Below, piece by piece: positions 62,443 to 64,000 of a DNA stretch of 64,000 bases. This stretch comes from an uncultured Actinomycetes bacterium (GTDB lineage: Bacteria > Actinomycetota > Thermoleophilia > UBA2241). The stretch covers positions 384,001 to 448,000 of the forward strand of contig CAVRZA010000001.1 of assembly GCA_963725665.1 (NCBI GenBank). The letters are read 5' to 3'. Below the pieces are notes generated by a model. That model did no database searches and was not told where the DNA came from. It saw nothing but the letters and a program-made list of their open reading frames with translations. The number at the start of each line of letters is the position of its first letter. Position 1 is the stretch's first letter. A program made the position numbers and the translations under genes.

Positions 62443-63660
62443 TCACCCACTCCCTAGCGTGGCCGGCGCCAGCCGCCAGAGCCTCACCAGTGCGGCGACG
62501 AACGTGGCCAGAAGCAGGACGTCGCGGACCACGAGCACACCGATGGCCGGTCGGTCCAGGTAGACGAGGCTCCAGTAGAGGCCGGGGAACTCGACCTGGG
62601 TCAGAACGACGGTGGCCAGGGCGAGGAGGCCGACGACGATGTCGTCGAGCAGCACGAGGGCGGCGGCGGGCAGGAGCCAGATGAAGTACTGGGGCGAGAG
62701 GACCTTGCCGAAGACCATGAAGGCGCAGGCCGTGGCGAAGACCGCGAGCGGGAGGTGGCGCGGCGCCGCGCGCAGCAGTGCGCGGCGCCGCGCCACCAGC
62801 GCGTAGGTCAGCCCCAGCGCGAGCAGCGTCAGCGGTCCGGACAGCCGCGCCATGAAGGCCGCGCCGCGCGCGTCGATGCTCTGCGAGCCAAAGCTTGTGC
62901 CGACGTCGATCCACAGCCGCCCCGCGAGGTGCGCGACGAAGAGCGGCGCGCCCAGCACGCTCTCGATCTGCAGCGGACGGTCGAGGTGGTAGAGGAACGA
63001 GTGCTCCACCCCGCTGGGGGCGACCACCAGCCAGGGCACGAAGGGCAGGATCGCCGCGAGACCGAACAGGACGAGCGTCCAGAGCGCGCGCCGGTTCCAG
63101 CCCGCGAGCAGCAGCACGACGGGCAGCAGGACCGCCGGCGTCAGCTTGACCGCGAAGCCGAGGCCCAGCACGAGGCCGGCCAGCTCGTACTCGCGCAAGG
63201 CGAGGAGCCAGATGCAGAGCGCGAGCGAGAGGGCGACCACGATGTCGAAGCGGTTCTCGACGATGGCTCCCATGGCGGCCGTGAAGAGGGCGAACGATGC
63301 CGCCGCGGCGATCGGCCGTGGGCCGCGCCGCCAGATGGCGGCCGCCGCGGCGACGACCGCGGCCGCCGCCGCCAGCGTGAAGACGAACATCTCGAAGCTG
63401 AACCAGCGCTGGTAGGAGGCGAAGTCGAGGCCGTTGCCCGCAACGGTGAAGAGCGGCACGGCGAGCGGCGGGTACTCGATGGCGAAGTCCTTGTACGGCT
63501 TGAGCCCGCTGGCGATCTTGGCGGCGTAGGCGAAGTAGATCGTGATGTCGGAGATGTCGTGCGGCCCGTACCACAGGTTGGGGTAGATGAGGCTGAAGAC
63601 GATGAGCTGCAGCAGCAGTGCGAGGCCGATCGCGACGAGCGTGCGGTGACGTGTGAGCAC
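62443..63660 (-). CDS. GT87-like polytopic glycosyltransferase
   Basis: PYKDFAIEYPPL, RFD, VKLTP, KVLSPQYFIWL; many TM helices. Confidence 0.85.
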   Translation of the reverse strand: MLTRHRTLVAIGLALLLQLIVFSLIYPNLWYGPHDISDITIYFAYAAKIASGLKPYKDFAIEYPPLAVPLFTVAGNGLDFASYQRWFSFEMFVFTLAAAAAVVAAAAAIWRRGPRPIAAAASFALFTAAMGAIVENRFDIVVALSLALCIWLLALREYELAGLVLGLGFAVKLTPAVLLPVVLLLAGWNRRALWTLVLFGLAAILPFVPWLVVAPSGVEHSFLYHLDRPLQIESVLGAPLFVAHLAGRLWIDVGTSFGSQSIDARGAAFMARLSGPLTLLALGLTYALVARRRALLRAAPRHLPLAVFATACAFMVFGKVLSPQYFIWLLPAAALVLLDDIVVGLLALATVVLTQVEFPGLYWSLVYLDRPAIGVLVVRDVLLLATFVAALVRLWRLAPATLGSG

Positions 63661-63689
63661 GCCCCCGAGGCCGTGCTGCGCCGGGCCGG

Positions 63690-64000
63690 CTAGCTCGCGT
63701 GCCTGAAGCTCCACAGCTTGTTGGCCACGTAGTTGATCGGCATGACGACGGCGATCGCGATGAGCTGGCTGACGACCGGGCCGAGCTGCGTGCGCGCCAG
63801 CGAGAACACGACCAGGTTCGCCGCATAGGCGACGATACTGACCGTGACGAACTTGGGCAGCTCGGTGGCCACGCGTCCCGTCGAGCGGAACGTCCAGCGC
63901 CGGTTCAGGTAGTAGTTCGTCATGACCGACACAGCGAAGCCCAGGGCGTTGGCCACGTAGTCGACGGCACGGGGGATGTCCTGGGCGCTCTTGGTCACGA
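63690..64000 (-). CDS. GtrA family protein (partial, 5' end outside the window)
   Basis: NYYLNRRWTF and NYVANKLWSF motifs. Confidence 0.85.
   Translation of the reverse strand, partial: VTKSAQDIPRAVDYVANALGFAVSVMTNYYLNRRWTFRSTGRVATELPKFVTVSIVAYAANLVVFSLARTQLGPVVSQLIAIAVVMPINYVANKLWSFRHAS

Noticed and set aside
1-64000. tRNA-Pyl, other tRNA/rRNA, CRISPR arrays, IS elements
   Set aside because: None recognised by eye in the intergenic regions; a covariance-model search was not possible.

Overview
A gene-dense, very GC-rich 64 kb window from an anaerobe or facultative anaerobe. An Actinomycetota origin (possibly Thermoleophilia-like) is inferred from GC content, apparently leaderless genes and GT87/GtrA genes, but is not proven. 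About 55 CDS are present; no rRNA, tRNA, CRISPR array or intact mobile element was seen. Main blocks: (i) a thiol-redox/cytochrome c biogenesis cluster (TPR protein, Rrf2, FmdB-type zinc ribbon, TlpA, CcdA); (ii) an amine-catabolism cluster (class III aminotransferase, aldehyde:ferredoxin oxidoreductase, LarA, TetR, MttB, MttC, FAD/Fe-S oxidoreductase); (iii) uxaE, a four-subunit 2-oxoacid:ferredoxin oxidoreductase and an orphan formate dehydrogenase; (iv) iorAB-ACT-paaK-aor; (v) lsrF, PBP1A and tatAC; (vi) a complex I (nuo) operon. The most striking observation is in the nuo operon. nuoI is split in two: its N-terminal half is fused to the NuoE/HydC subunit and its C-terminal half to an NfnA/GltD-type NADP(H) subunit. 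A complete HydABC/Bfu-type electron-bifurcating module therefore sits inside nuoI. There are also two recoding signals: an in-frame TAG at the pyrrolysine position of MttB, and a UGA followed by a SECIS-like hairpin in the FmdB-type gene. Several intact but catalytically degenerate enzymes occur (CobB-like, UDG-like, GGDEF), and a few small indels probably reflect assembly errors.
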